DNA from: Eubacteriales bacterium
Lineage (GTDB): Bacteria > Bacillota > Clostridia > Oscillospirales > CAG-272
Assembly: GCA_045596925.1 (NCBI GenBank)
Contig: JAZODH010000075.1
Location: forward strand, 1-54,491
Direction: 5' to 3'
Length of the DNA stretch: 54,491 nt
The translations under genes were made by a program, and so were the position numbers. The notes below the pieces were generated by a model. It was not told where the DNA came from, did no database searches, and was given only the letters and a program-made list of their open reading frames with translations. Of the stretch, positions 27,443 through 37,380 are shown piece by piece (positions within the stretch are counted from its first letter, which is position 1; every line of letters begins with the position of its first letter).

Positions 27443-29707
27443 ATGAAGGCTAAACTTAAAGCCGTTTTTACAAGCTCGCTTTGGCGTTCGGGTCTTGCGC
27501 TTGCGGTGTTTATTTTGGCGTTTGCCTATCTTGCACTGCAGATATACATTCTCCAGACCGAAAATTTTGACGAATACCGAAAGGCTGTAATGGAACAGCT
27601 GACGACAAAGACCGAGATTCCCGCGGGCAGAGGCAACATTTACGACCGAAACGGCGTAATGCTTGCCACCGATACCACGGTCTACCGAATCTTCATTTCC
27701 CCCAAGGACATCTCCGAGTGCGAGACGGAAAACGCGGCACAGATCATTGCCAAGGGACTTTCCGAGCTGCTTGAGGGTGTTGAATACGAAAAGGTCATGG
27801 AGCGAGCGGCGCTGACGCACCGACTTGACGAAACCATAAAAAAGGACGTTGAAAAGGAGGATGCGGATCGGGTCCGCGCTTTTATTGAAGAACACGGATT
27901 CGAGGACGAGATCCACGTTCAGCCCACCTCAAAGAGGTATTATTGCTACGATGGGCTGGCGGCGTCGGTGCTCGGCTTTACGGGCGACCAAAATATCGGT
28001 CGCTACGGACTTGAGGTGCAGTATGATGACATCCTGTCCGGTACAAACGGTTTTTACGTGACTGCTCGCGACTCCCACGGTATAGAGATACCCACCGAAT
28101 ATGAGGTCTACATTGAGCCAAAGGACGGTCACAATATAGTTTCCACCATCGACCGATATATTCAGAGCGCTCTGGAGGAACAGCTCAAGGCTACCTACGA
28201 GGAAAACGGGGCAGGTGAGCGTGTTTGCGGAATAGTTATGGACGTAAACAACGGCGAGATTCTTGCCATGGCAGTATATCCTTCATTTAATTGTAACGCG
28301 CCCAACGTGCTCGATCAGTTTTATCTTGACCGCATTGCAAAGTCCGGCTTGGTGGAGGGCACGGACGAATACAACGATTTCAGATATGCCCAGCTGTTAA
28401 ATTCCTGGACGAACAAGACCATTACCGATACATATATGCCCGGATCTACCTTCAAGATCCTGACCACCTCCATGTGTCTTGAAGAAAAGGTGGTTTCCGT
28501 GGGCGAGCATTTCTTCTGCCGTGGAAGCTATCTTGTTCCCGGCTACTCAAGACCCATCAGCTGTCACAAAAAAACGGGACACGGCTCTCAGGATTTTGCC
28601 AGAGCGCTTCAGCAGTCCTGCAACCCCGTTATGATGGAGATCTCGCTCCGCCTTGGCTCGGAGAAGTTCTATAACTATGTGGACGCTCTCGGATACCTTG
28701 ACAAAACGGGCGTTGACCTGCCCGGTGAGCAGAATTCCATTTTCCATGCTCCCGCGAACTTCAACCAGGTCGAGCTTGCGACGGCGGCATTCGGTCAGAA
28801 CTTTAACATCACGGCGCTTCAGCAGATCAGAGGCGTGGCGGCCGTGGCAAACGGAGGTTATCTGGTAACACCTCACGTAGTGAAGGAGATAACCGACTCG
28901 GACGGAAACGTGGTACAGAGCTTTGATTACGGCAAAACAAGACAGGTCATCAGCACCGACGTGTGCAAGACCGTGACTCAGATACTTGAAGAGGGCGTTG
29001 CCACCGACGGCGGTGCGAAAAACGCTTACGTTGCAGGCTACAGAATAGCCGCGAAGACCGGAACTACCGAAAAGATCGGTAAGTTCGACGATCAGGGCAA
29101 CGAATCCTTCAGAATCGGCTCGACCGTGGCTTACGCTCCTGCGGAAAACCCCCAGGTAGCGGTGCTTATCGTTGTCGACGAGCCGCAGAACGGCTCGGTG
29201 TACGGGTCTATCGTAGCCGCTCCTTACGTGGCAAACGTCATGAAGACCATTCTTCCTTACATGGGAGTTGAGGCCGAATACAGCGAGGCCGAGCTTGCAA
29301 AGATATCCAGAAAGGTTCCTTCCTATGTTGGCTGGAGCTTGGCGGATACGGTAGCGAGTCTTGATTACATTTCACTTGATTATGAGGTCATCGGAGAGGG
29401 CGACGTGGTAACGAAGCTCGTTCCCAAAGCGGGCAGCGAGATGAGCCGTGACGGAAAGCTCTACGTTTACACGGGCGATGCACAGCCTGCGTCTACCATA
29501 ACAGTTCCCGACGTTATGGGCAAGAACGCCACCGTTGCCAACGTGATGATAACCAACAGCAATCTGAACATTCTTATAACTGGATCAACAAATTCCCAAA
29601 ACGGAAGCGGCCCTGTGGTCGTATCCCAGTCTCCTGCCGCAGGAGAAAAGGTTCCTGCGGGAACGGTAGTCTCTATCGAACTCAGATACATGGACGGTAC
29701 AGACTGA
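27443..29707 (+). CDS. spoVD: Class B penicillin-binding protein (SpoVD/FtsI type) with two PASTA domains
   Basis: RGNIYDRNG, PGSTFK (SxxK), SCN, KTGT; PASTA repeats. Confidence 0.85.
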   Translation: MKAKLKAVFTSSLWRSGLALAVFILAFAYLALQIYILQTENFDEYRKAVMEQLTTKTEIPAGRGNIYDRNGVMLATDTTVYRIFISPKDISECETENAAQIIAKGLSELLEGVEYEKVMERAALTHRLDETIKKDVEKEDADRVRAFIEEHGFEDEIHVQPTSKRYYCYDGLAASVLGFTGDQNIGRYGLEVQYDDILSGTNGFYVTARDSHGIEIPTEYEVYIEPKDGHNIVSTIDRYIQSALEEQLKATYEENGAGERVCGIVMDVNNGEILAMAVYPSFNCNAPNVLDQFYLDRIAKSGLVEGTDEYNDFRYAQLLNSWTNKTITDTYMPGSTFKILTTSMCLEEKVVSVGEHFFCRGSYLVPGYSRPISCHKKTGHGSQDFARALQQSCNPVMMEISLRLGSEKFYNYVDALGYLDKTGVDLPGEQNSIFHAPANFNQVELATAAFGQNFNITALQQIRGVAAVANGGYLVTPHVVKEITDSDGNVVQSFDYGKTRQVISTDVCKTVTQILEEGVATDGGAKNAYVAGYRIAAKTGTTEKIGKFDDQGNESFRIGSTVAYAPAENPQVAVLIVVDEPQNGSVYGSIVAAPYVANVMKTILPYMGVEAEYSEAELAKISRKVPSYVGWSLADTVASLDYISLDYEVIGEGDVVTKLVPKAGSEMSRDGKLYVYTGDAQPASTITVPDVMGKNATVANVMITNSNLNILITGSTNSQNGSGPVVVSQSPAAGEKVPAGTVVSIELRYMDGTD

Positions 29708-29807
29708 TTTTTAAGTAAAAAACACTGATTTCAGGCGATAAATGCCTTGGATTAGATGGAAGTATTTAAAGAAATATCAAATCTATCTAATTCAAGGAGA
29801 AAAACGC

Positions 29808-31322
29808 TTGAAAATTATCGAACTATTTCGGGATATACACATCGAACAAGATTTGCTGTGCGAGGAGACAGAAATACTCGGTATTTCCTCTTCATCGAGT
29901 GAGACCAAGCCGGGTGACGTCTTCGTCTGCATTAAAGGACTGCATACGGATGGACACAAATTCGCCCGCGAGGCGGCAGAGCGGGGAGCTGTTGCGGTTC
30001 TTTGCCAGGTCGGCAGAGGGGATGAGGTCAGGGCGACCTTGCCCGACGGCGTCCTTTGCTACGAGACCGAAAATACCCGCCGTGCGCTGTCATTTATCTG
30101 GCACAGATTTTGCGGCTGTCCCTCAAAGGGAATGAATTTTATCGGCGTAACGGGAACCAACGGCAAAACGTCGGTTACGTTCATGCTCAAAGCTATACTT
30201 GACTCGGCGGGGGTGAAAACGGGGCTTATCGGCACCGTGAAATGTCTATGCGGGGATAAGGTCATCGACTTGCGCTCGTCCGACAGGAGAGCGAACATGA
30301 CTACCCCCGACCCGGGAGAGCTTTACAGAATACTCGCACAGATGCGCTCGGAGGGTGTGGAGACCGTCATTATGGAGGTCACCTCTCACGCCTTAGCTCT
30401 TGACAAGCTAGCGCCTTTGCATTTTGACTTTGGGCTGTTTACCAACCTCACTCCCGATCATCTTGATTTTCACGGGAGCATGGAGGAATACTTCGATGCA
30501 AAGAAGAAGCTTTTTGAGGCATGTGACACGGCGGTCATAAACTGCTCGGATAAATACGGACACTCAATGGCGCAGTTTGCCGAAGAGCATTGCCATAGAG
30601 TTGTGCGGTGCGGTGTGGGTCGCGACCTTGATTATTCCGCCGACCCCGTAAATGCGCGGGGGGTGGATGGCGTCGAGTACGTTCTGAACTCGATCTCTGC
30701 CATATTCAAGATCTCGAGCTCGATCCCGGGAACCTTCACCGTTTCAAACACGCTTCTGGCGGCAAGCGCGGCACTTGAAATGGGAATTGCTCCGTCGAAT
30801 ATAAGAATAGCCCTGGCCTCTATGCGGGGGATCGACGGACGGCTTCAGCGCGTCAAGATATGCCACGGCGCGGATTTTTCCGTCTTTATCGACTACGCTC
30901 ATACGCCGGACGCCCTGGAGAATCTTTTGCGGACGGCGAGAAATGCGCGTGTAAAAGGGCAAAGGATAGTGCTTCTGTTCGGCTGTGGCGGCGACCGCGA
31001 TAAGTCAAAAAGACCCGTTATGGGAAAAATAGCCTCGTCTATGGCCGACTTGGTCATAGTGACTGCAGACAACAGCCGAAGCGAGCGGACCGAGGACATT
31101 ACGGCTCAGATACTTTCAGGTGTTGACTTTGGCGCGTGCTCCTGCGTGGTGATCTGCGACCGAAAGGAAGCCATTGAATATGCAATATCTAACGCTCTCC
31201 GCGGGGATATAATCCTGCTCGCGGGAAAAGGGCATGAGAAATACGAGATCAACGAAAATGGCGTTTTCCCCTTTGACGAGGAAGCGTTGGCACGAGAATT
31301 TGCCGAAAAATATTACGGGTAA
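29808..31322 (+). CDS. murE: UDP-MurNAc-tripeptide synthetase
   Basis: GVTGTNGKTS, DHLDFH, DYAHTPD, DNSR, AGKGHE; TTG start after AAGGAG. Confidence 0.95.
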   Translation: MKIIELFRDIHIEQDLLCEETEILGISSSSSETKPGDVFVCIKGLHTDGHKFAREAAERGAVAVLCQVGRGDEVRATLPDGVLCYETENTRRALSFIWHRFCGCPSKGMNFIGVTGTNGKTSVTFMLKAILDSAGVKTGLIGTVKCLCGDKVIDLRSSDRRANMTTPDPGELYRILAQMRSEGVETVIMEVTSHALALDKLAPLHFDFGLFTNLTPDHLDFHGSMEEYFDAKKKLFEACDTAVINCSDKYGHSMAQFAEEHCHRVVRCGVGRDLDYSADPVNARGVDGVEYVLNSISAIFKISSSIPGTFTVSNTLLAASAALEMGIAPSNIRIALASMRGIDGRLQRVKICHGADFSVFIDYAHTPDALENLLRTARNARVKGQRIVLLFGCGGDRDKSKRPVMGKIASSMADLVIVTADNSRSERTEDITAQILSGVDFGACSCVVICDRKEAIEYAISNALRGDIILLAGKGHEKYEINENGVFPFDEEALAREFAEKYYG

Positions 31323-31329
31323 AAAGAAT

Positions 31330-31375
31330 CTCTTTATTCGGGATTTTTTCTTTAGAAAAAATCCCGAATAAAGAG
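31330..31375. repeat. Perfect 22-bp inverted repeat between murE and murF
   Basis: CTCTTTATTCGGGATTTTTTCT-TT-AGAAAAAATCCCGAATAAAGAG. Confidence 0.9.
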
Positions 31376-31397
31376 CGATAATTTGGGAGAAACGAAA

Positions 31398-32834
31398 ATG
31401 AGAACGCAGTTGGCAAGAGGGAATTTAAGTTGCGCGGAAGCGGCGACAGCGTGCACCGGCAGGCTGGTGTCGGGTGTGCCCGGACGAGGCTTTGCAAACG
31501 TCTGCACCGATTCGAGAGAGGTTGACAGTCAGTCTCTTTTCATTGCCATTGCAGGAGAGCGGGCGGACGGACACGATTTTATTCCATCTGTGGTCGAGCG
31601 TGGCTGTCGTGCGGTGCTATGTCAACGTATTCCCGACAACTGCGCTGACCTTGACTGCGATTTTATTGTGGTGTCTGACAGCGTGAGGGCTATCGGTGAC
31701 ATTGCGTCCTTTTACCGAAGAGGTTCCGAAATGAAGACCGTGGCGGTGACGGGAAGCGTGGGCAAGACCACCACCAAGGAATTCGTTTCCGCCGTGCTTT
31801 CCCGCCGATTTAAGAACTACAAGACCGAGGGAAATTACAACAGCGTGATCGGTCTTCCCATGAGTCTTTTCGAGGTCACGGGCGATTGTCAGTCCGCTGT
31901 GCTTGAGATGGGCATGAGCGGGTTTGGCGAGATCGGCCACATGAGTCGTGTTGCCCGTCCTTCGGTGGCTCTTGTGACCAACATCGGCACTTCCCACATG
32001 GAGATGCTTGGGTCGAGAGAGAACATCTGCCGCGCCAAAATGGAGATACTTGAAGGTCTGCAAGACGGCGGTACGCTCGTGCTCAACGGCGATGAGCCGC
32101 TGCTCTGCGAATACGATTGTGGTACCGTCAAGCCCTTGTTCGTGGGAATAAGTAACCGCGACGCGGACCTGCGGGCGTTGAATATTCGCTTCGAGGCTTC
32201 AAAGACCACTTTTGACATGATAGCCGACGGCCAAGTCATTCCCAACATCGAGCTTCCCGTCATGGGAAATCACTACGTATACGCCGCGCTTTTTGCATTC
32301 GCGGCGGGTAGGATTTTAGGCATGGACGATGAAAGTATCCGCGCGGGTCTGCTTGATTTCAAGAACGTGGGAATGAGACAGAATATATATGAGCTTGAGG
32401 GGCTGACAATAATTGAAGACTGCTACAACGCAAGTCCCGAATCAATGCGAAGCGGGATCGACGTCCTTTCTCAGCTCGCGGAGCAGAAGGGCGGACGCAT
32501 GGTAGCCGTGCTTGGCGATATGCTTGAGCTGGGCGAAAAGTCTCCCGAGCTTCACCGCTTGGTCGGCTCTTACCTTGCCTCAAAGGGCGGACGGGTGCTA
32601 TTTACTTTTGGTGAGCGTGCGTCCGAGATCGCCGCGGCGGCCCTGAAGAGCGGAGTAGCGCAGGAGAATGTGTACGTAAATCGGGACAAGGATCGTCCCG
32701 AAATTACAGGAGAAATGCTTCTTCACGGACTGAGGGCAGGGGACGTGGTGCTCTTTAAGGCCAGCCGTTCGATGGCGCTGGAGCGGATCATCGCATACCT
32801 GCGTGAAAATACTTCCCGACTGAATAAAGCCTGA
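31398..32834 (+). CDS. murF: UDP-MurNAc-pentapeptide synthetase
   Basis: TDSR, VTGSVGKTTTKE, DCYNASPES, GDMLELG, KASR. Confidence 0.95.
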   Translation: MRTQLARGNLSCAEAATACTGRLVSGVPGRGFANVCTDSREVDSQSLFIAIAGERADGHDFIPSVVERGCRAVLCQRIPDNCADLDCDFIVVSDSVRAIGDIASFYRRGSEMKTVAVTGSVGKTTTKEFVSAVLSRRFKNYKTEGNYNSVIGLPMSLFEVTGDCQSAVLEMGMSGFGEIGHMSRVARPSVALVTNIGTSHMEMLGSRENICRAKMEILEGLQDGGTLVLNGDEPLLCEYDCGTVKPLFVGISNRDADLRALNIRFEASKTTFDMIADGQVIPNIELPVMGNHYVYAALFAFAAGRILGMDDESIRAGLLDFKNVGMRQNIYELEGLTIIEDCYNASPESMRSGIDVLSQLAEQKGGRMVAVLGDMLELGEKSPELHRLVGSYLASKGGRVLFTFGERASEIAAAALKSGVAQENVYVNRDKDRPEITGEMLLHGLRAGDVVLFKASRSMALERIIAYLRENTSRLNKA

Positions 32835-32868
32835 GGTCGGTGCACCCCAAAAAGAATGGAGATCTAAC

Positions 32869-33855
32869 ATGACTTTTGCAATAAATATAGCCGTTTCGAC
32901 GCTTGCTGTGTTCGTTTTGACCGTGGCACTCTGCTCCAAGGTCATTCCCATACTTAAAAGCCACAAGGTTGGACAGAAGATCCTTGACATAGGTCCTCGC
33001 TGGCACAAATCCAAAGAGGGAACGCCCACAATGGGCGGTATATGCTTCATCATGGCTATACTGCTTGTGATGACGGGATTTTTCGTGTACTACGGCATCA
33101 AGGGTAAGGCAAACAGCCTCATTCCCCTGGCGCTGACCCTGGGACTCGCCACCTTCAACGGCATGATCGGCTTTATCGACGATTTCGCAAAGCTGGTAAA
33201 GAAGCAGAACGAGGGACTGCTTGCATGGCAGAAGTTTGCGCTTCAGCTTTTGGCGGCCGTTGTTTACGTGGTCGTCATGAAGCTGACGGGACACATCGAC
33301 ACGTCCCTTTACATCCCTTACTTTGGCGTCGAGCTTGAGCTTGGAGTGTTTTACTATTTCTTTGCGCTCTTTATCGTCACGGGAATCGTTAACAGTGTGA
33401 ACCTGACCGACGGCGTTGACGGTCTTGCAAGCTCGGTGACGCTTGTCATCGGCATGCTTTTGTGTGCTGTTTCCTTCGTTAGCACAGACCTGCCCTTAGG
33501 GCTTGTCTCCGCTTGTATGATCGGCGGCACCCTTGGTTTTTTGATGTATAATTTTTACCCCGCGAGGGCGTTCATGGGCGATACGGGTTCTCTGTTCCTT
33601 GGCGGAATGGTGGTTGGCTCGGCATTTATGCTCAACAATCCTCTGATCGTTCTCGTTTTCGGGCTTGTGTTTGTTCTTGAGACTCTGTCTGTCATCTTGC
33701 AGGTGGCAAGCTTCAAGCTGACGGGCAAGAGAATTTTTAAAATGAGCCCTATCCACCACCACTTTGAAAAGTGCGGTTGGAGCGAGGTGAAGATCGTTTC
33801 GGTCTTCTCTTTTGTGACACTTCTTTGCTGTGTTCTTGCCTGGTTTGGCATTTAA
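32869..33855 (+). CDS. mraY: Phospho-MurNAc-pentapeptide transferase
   Basis: KEGTPTMGG, NLTDGVDGL, FMGDTGS, PIHHHFE. Confidence 0.97.
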   Translation: MTFAINIAVSTLAVFVLTVALCSKVIPILKSHKVGQKILDIGPRWHKSKEGTPTMGGICFIMAILLVMTGFFVYYGIKGKANSLIPLALTLGLATFNGMIGFIDDFAKLVKKQNEGLLAWQKFALQLLAAVVYVVVMKLTGHIDTSLYIPYFGVELELGVFYYFFALFIVTGIVNSVNLTDGVDGLASSVTLVIGMLLCAVSFVSTDLPLGLVSACMIGGTLGFLMYNFYPARAFMGDTGSLFLGGMVVGSAFMLNNPLIVLVFGLVFVLETLSVILQVASFKLTGKRIFKMSPIHHHFEKCGWSEVKIVSVFSFVTLLCCVLAWFGI

Positions 33856-33879
33856 AACGATTTTGAAAGGAGACCCGTA

Positions 33880-35247
33880 ATGGGAAACAACGAAGATTAT
33901 TTTGTAAAACGCCCCGTGTCGGGTGATCCTCAAAACAAACAGCCACGACAAAATCCCGACCGTCGTATAACGGATGAGAGCGAAGTCTCGGCGCGTCGCG
34001 TGCGTCCGCGGAGCGAGGCTCCCCGACCCGAGCGCAGAGAAAAAACGGAGCTTCCCGCCGAGCAGATCGACAAGAAGAGGTCGGTAATAGCGAGGCTTAT
34101 GAACGGAGGCGACTGCGCCAGATTGCCCGAGGGCTACAAGGTGGGCAGCGTCGATATGGTATTCCTGGTGATCCTGGCGATAATAATCGCTCTCGGAACG
34201 GTCATGGTCTTTTCCTCCAGCCATGCTTACGCCGCCACGAAATATGGAGACGGTTACTATTTTTTGAGAAATCAGCTTCTCGTGGTAGCATTTGGCTGCG
34301 TTCTTATTGCACTTGTTGCGCTTTTCCCTCTCAAAACCTACGCATTCGTTACTTGGACCGTTTACGGTGTCGCCGTTGCCTTACTGGTTGCCGTGCTTTT
34401 GTTCGGATCGAGCGAGGGTGAGGCAAAGCGGTGGATATATCTCGGACCTATGTCCTTCCAGCCCTCGGAGCTGGGCAAGACCGCGGTGGTCATGATGCTG
34501 GCGCTGTATATGTCAAAGTACCGCGAAAAGATCGAATCCAAAAAATTGGGCGAATCATTCAGATACGGAATCCTCGCTCCCGCCGCGATCTTTGGCTTGA
34601 TAGTGGGACTGGTCATACTTGAAAACCATTTTTCGGGCGTTATCATCATCTGCGCCATCGCGGCGTGCATGATGTTTTTCGGCGGAACGAAGATTTTGTA
34701 TATCGCCATTATCGGCGCGATAGGTGTTGCGGGAGTTTTAGGTCTTATCACGCTGACTCCTTACGCAAACGCTCGTCTTCAGATCTGGCAAGACCCATGG
34801 AGTGATCTTATGGGCAAGGGTTGGCAGACGGTGCAGGGACTTTATTCTATCGCATCGGGCGGAATTTTCGGCGTGGGACTTGGCAACAGCCACCAGAAAT
34901 ACGGCTACGTATCCGAGCCTCAGAACGACTTCGTTTTTACTATCGCCTGCGAGGAGCTGGGATTTGTCGGCGCGGTGGCGATCATATTCCTTTTCGCACT
35001 TCTGGTCTGGCGGGGATTTTCCATCGCACGCCATTCACCCAATAGATTTACTTACCTGCTTGTACTTGGCATAATATCAAAAATTGCCATTCAGGTCATA
35101 CTCAATATTGCCGTTGTGACAAACACCATACCAAACACGGGTATCCCCCTGCCGTTCTTCAGCTCGGGCGGCTCGTCTCTGCTTGTGCTGATGGCGGAGA
35201 TGGGCGTGGTGCTGTCGGTATCACGGTATTCAAAGCAGAAAAAATAA
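33880..35247 (+). CDS. ftsW: SEDS-family protein FtsW/SpoVE
   Basis: KRWI, FQPSE, EPQNDF, EELGF, PNTGIPLPFFSSGGSS. Confidence 0.92.
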   Translation: MGNNEDYFVKRPVSGDPQNKQPRQNPDRRITDESEVSARRVRPRSEAPRPERREKTELPAEQIDKKRSVIARLMNGGDCARLPEGYKVGSVDMVFLVILAIIIALGTVMVFSSSHAYAATKYGDGYYFLRNQLLVVAFGCVLIALVALFPLKTYAFVTWTVYGVAVALLVAVLLFGSSEGEAKRWIYLGPMSFQPSELGKTAVVMMLALYMSKYREKIESKKLGESFRYGILAPAAIFGLIVGLVILENHFSGVIIICAIAACMMFFGGTKILYIAIIGAIGVAGVLGLITLTPYANARLQIWQDPWSDLMGKGWQTVQGLYSIASGGIFGVGLGNSHQKYGYVSEPQNDFVFTIACEELGFVGAVAIIFLFALLVWRGFSIARHSPNRFTYLLVLGIISKIAIQVILNIAVVTNTIPNTGIPLPFFSSGGSSLLVLMAEMGVVLSVSRYSKQKK

Positions 35248-35263
35248 ACCATAGGAGATTGTC

Positions 35264-36388
35264 TTGAGAGTTATAATGACAGGCGGCGGCACGGGAGGAC
35301 ACGTAAATCCCGCTCTCGCCATAGCCAATACCATTGCAGAAAACGAGCCGGGCTCGGAGATCTTGTTCGTGGGAACAGAGCACGGAATTGAAAATAAGCT
35401 GACCGAGGCGGCGGGATATCCCATTCGACACGTAAAGATCGCGGGATTTAAGCGATCCCTGTCGCTGAAGAATATAAAGGCGGCTTACCTTGCCTTCGTT
35501 TCCCCAATGAAAGCGAAGAAGATAGTCCGCGAGTTCAAACCCGATATCGTTATCGGAACGGGCGGATACGTCTGCTGGCCGGTGCTTGTGGCGGCGTCGA
35601 AGATGGGTATTCCCACGGCGGTCCACGAATCAAACGCTTTTCCGGGCGTTGCCGTGAGAAAATTGCAGCCCTACGTTGACAGGATCTGGCTGAATTTTGC
35701 CGAGAGTGAAAAATATCTGACCGCAAAGGATAAAGTCCTTCGCGTTGGAAATCCCTTGCGAGGTGCTTTTGGCACAGTTGAGCGTGAGGAAGCCCGCAAA
35801 AAGCTGGGAATTGAAGGGAAGTACGAGCATTTCGTGCTCTCCTTTGGCGGAAGCTTAGGCGCGGAAAAGGTCAACGAGGCCTGCCTTGCATTTATGCGTG
35901 ACTACGTAAAAGATCACTCCGAGGTATACCATCTGCACGCCTGCGGCTCTATCGAGCTTGAGGAGGCCACGAAAATGTATAAAGAATACGGACTCGAGGG
36001 CTGTGAGAACGCAAAGCTGGTGGAATATATCTACGATATGCCTGTTCAGATGGAGGCTGCGGACGTGGTAATTTCACGGGCGGGAGCCATGACGGTTTCC
36101 GAGCTTGCCATGAGGAAAAAGGCATCGGTCATGATACCCTCGCCAAACGTTACGGATAACCACCAGTACAAGAACGCAAAGGCACTTGCCGATCGCGGCG
36201 CGACTGTGCTCATCGAGGAAAAAGATCTTTCGTACGGCGTGCTTGAAAGGGCGGTGGAGTCTCTTCTTTCGGACGACGAAAAACGCCGTAAAATGGGAGA
36301 ATCGGTCTACACCTTCTCCTGCACCGACGCGAACAAGGTCATCTATGAAGAGGTGAAAAAGCTCGTTCGGAACGGGAGGAAAAAGTAA
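35264..36388 (+). CDS. murG: Lipid II GlcNAc transferase
   Basis: GGGTGGHVNPA, GGYV, HESN, GGSLGA, SRAGA, HQYKNA. Confidence 0.97.
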   Translation: MRVIMTGGGTGGHVNPALAIANTIAENEPGSEILFVGTEHGIENKLTEAAGYPIRHVKIAGFKRSLSLKNIKAAYLAFVSPMKAKKIVREFKPDIVIGTGGYVCWPVLVAASKMGIPTAVHESNAFPGVAVRKLQPYVDRIWLNFAESEKYLTAKDKVLRVGNPLRGAFGTVEREEARKKLGIEGKYEHFVLSFGGSLGAEKVNEACLAFMRDYVKDHSEVYHLHACGSIELEEATKMYKEYGLEGCENAKLVEYIYDMPVQMEAADVVISRAGAMTVSELAMRKKASVMIPSPNVTDNHQYKNAKALADRGATVLIEEKDLSYGVLERAVESLLSDDEKRRKMGESVYTFSCTDANKVIYEEVKKLVRNGRKK

Positions 36389-37218
36389 TGGGCGGCCGTG
36401 ACCCTCGCAGGTCGGGGAACAGACCCGCATCAAACGCGGGCCGCAGACGCAAAGGCGGATCACGCGTTGGCTCGTACCTGACGGTGGCAGGGCTGATATT
36501 GGCTCTGATCCTGGTGGGTGCGCTTATAGTCTGCTTTCTCACTTCGATCTTGAATATTTCCGAGTTCGCAACCGCAAACGAGGGACGGTACAGTCCTCAG
36601 GAGTTAGCGGAGGCGGCGGGAATAAAAATGGGCGAAAAGATCTGGTCGGTGGACGTCAAAAAAGCCGAGCGGGGCATACTTGAGACCTACACAGAGATCG
36701 GAAGCGTAAAGGTGACACGTGAGCTCCCCGACAGAATAATCTTTGAGCCGGTTTACGCGTCGGCAAAATATTACGTTGCCTTGTACGGCGAATATTACAC
36801 CCTGTCCGACAGCCTTCGGGTGCTTGAAAGGGTGGATAGTCGAAGCTATTGTGCGGATCTGCGACTTGTATGTCTGGAGCTTCCCGAGATACGGCGCGCG
36901 GTGACGGGTGAGGTGCTGACCTTTGCCGAGGACAGCTCTGCAGGATACGTTGGACGAATGCTTTCGGCCGTGTCGGGGTCGGACCTTTATTCAATGATAG
37001 ACAAGCTCTCGATCAAGAGCAAATTTGAATCCTACGCACAGAAGACCGACTGCTTCAAGATCACCTTCGGGGAAGTGAAGGACGAAAATCTAAAGATAAA
37101 AATGGCTCTTCGGGTCATGGAGGACGGCGGTTATTACACTCAAACCGGCGTGTTCGTTGACGCAACGGACGCCTCGGAAGTGGTGGTTGCCGTGAGAAAA
37201 AATGAAAAAATCGGGTAA
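36388..37218 (+). CDS. ftsQ: FtsQ/DivIB-like protein (TM plus POTRA)
   Basis: Basic N-terminus, TM helix, POTRA-like VKVTRELPDRI; between murG and ftsZ. Confidence 0.75.
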   Translation: MGGRDPRRSGNRPASNAGRRRKGGSRVGSYLTVAGLILALILVGALIVCFLTSILNISEFATANEGRYSPQELAEAAGIKMGEKIWSVDVKKAERGILETYTEIGSVKVTRELPDRIIFEPVYASAKYYVALYGEYYTLSDSLRVLERVDSRSYCADLRLVCLELPEIRRAVTGEVLTFAEDSSAGYVGRMLSAVSGSDLYSMIDKLSIKSKFESYAQKTDCFKITFGEVKDENLKIKMALRVMEDGGYYTQTGVFVDATDASEVVVAVRKNEKIG

Positions 37219-37380
37219 TATTACCCGATTTTCCGAAAAATACAGTCATTTCCGTGTATTTTTTTCGTAAAAACTATTGCAAAATCTTAAAAAATATATT
37301 ATTATATAATAAGAGAAACTATATAGTTTCCTTATATAGAAGAAAAACAATTCACATACAAGAAAACGGAGGATATTAAA

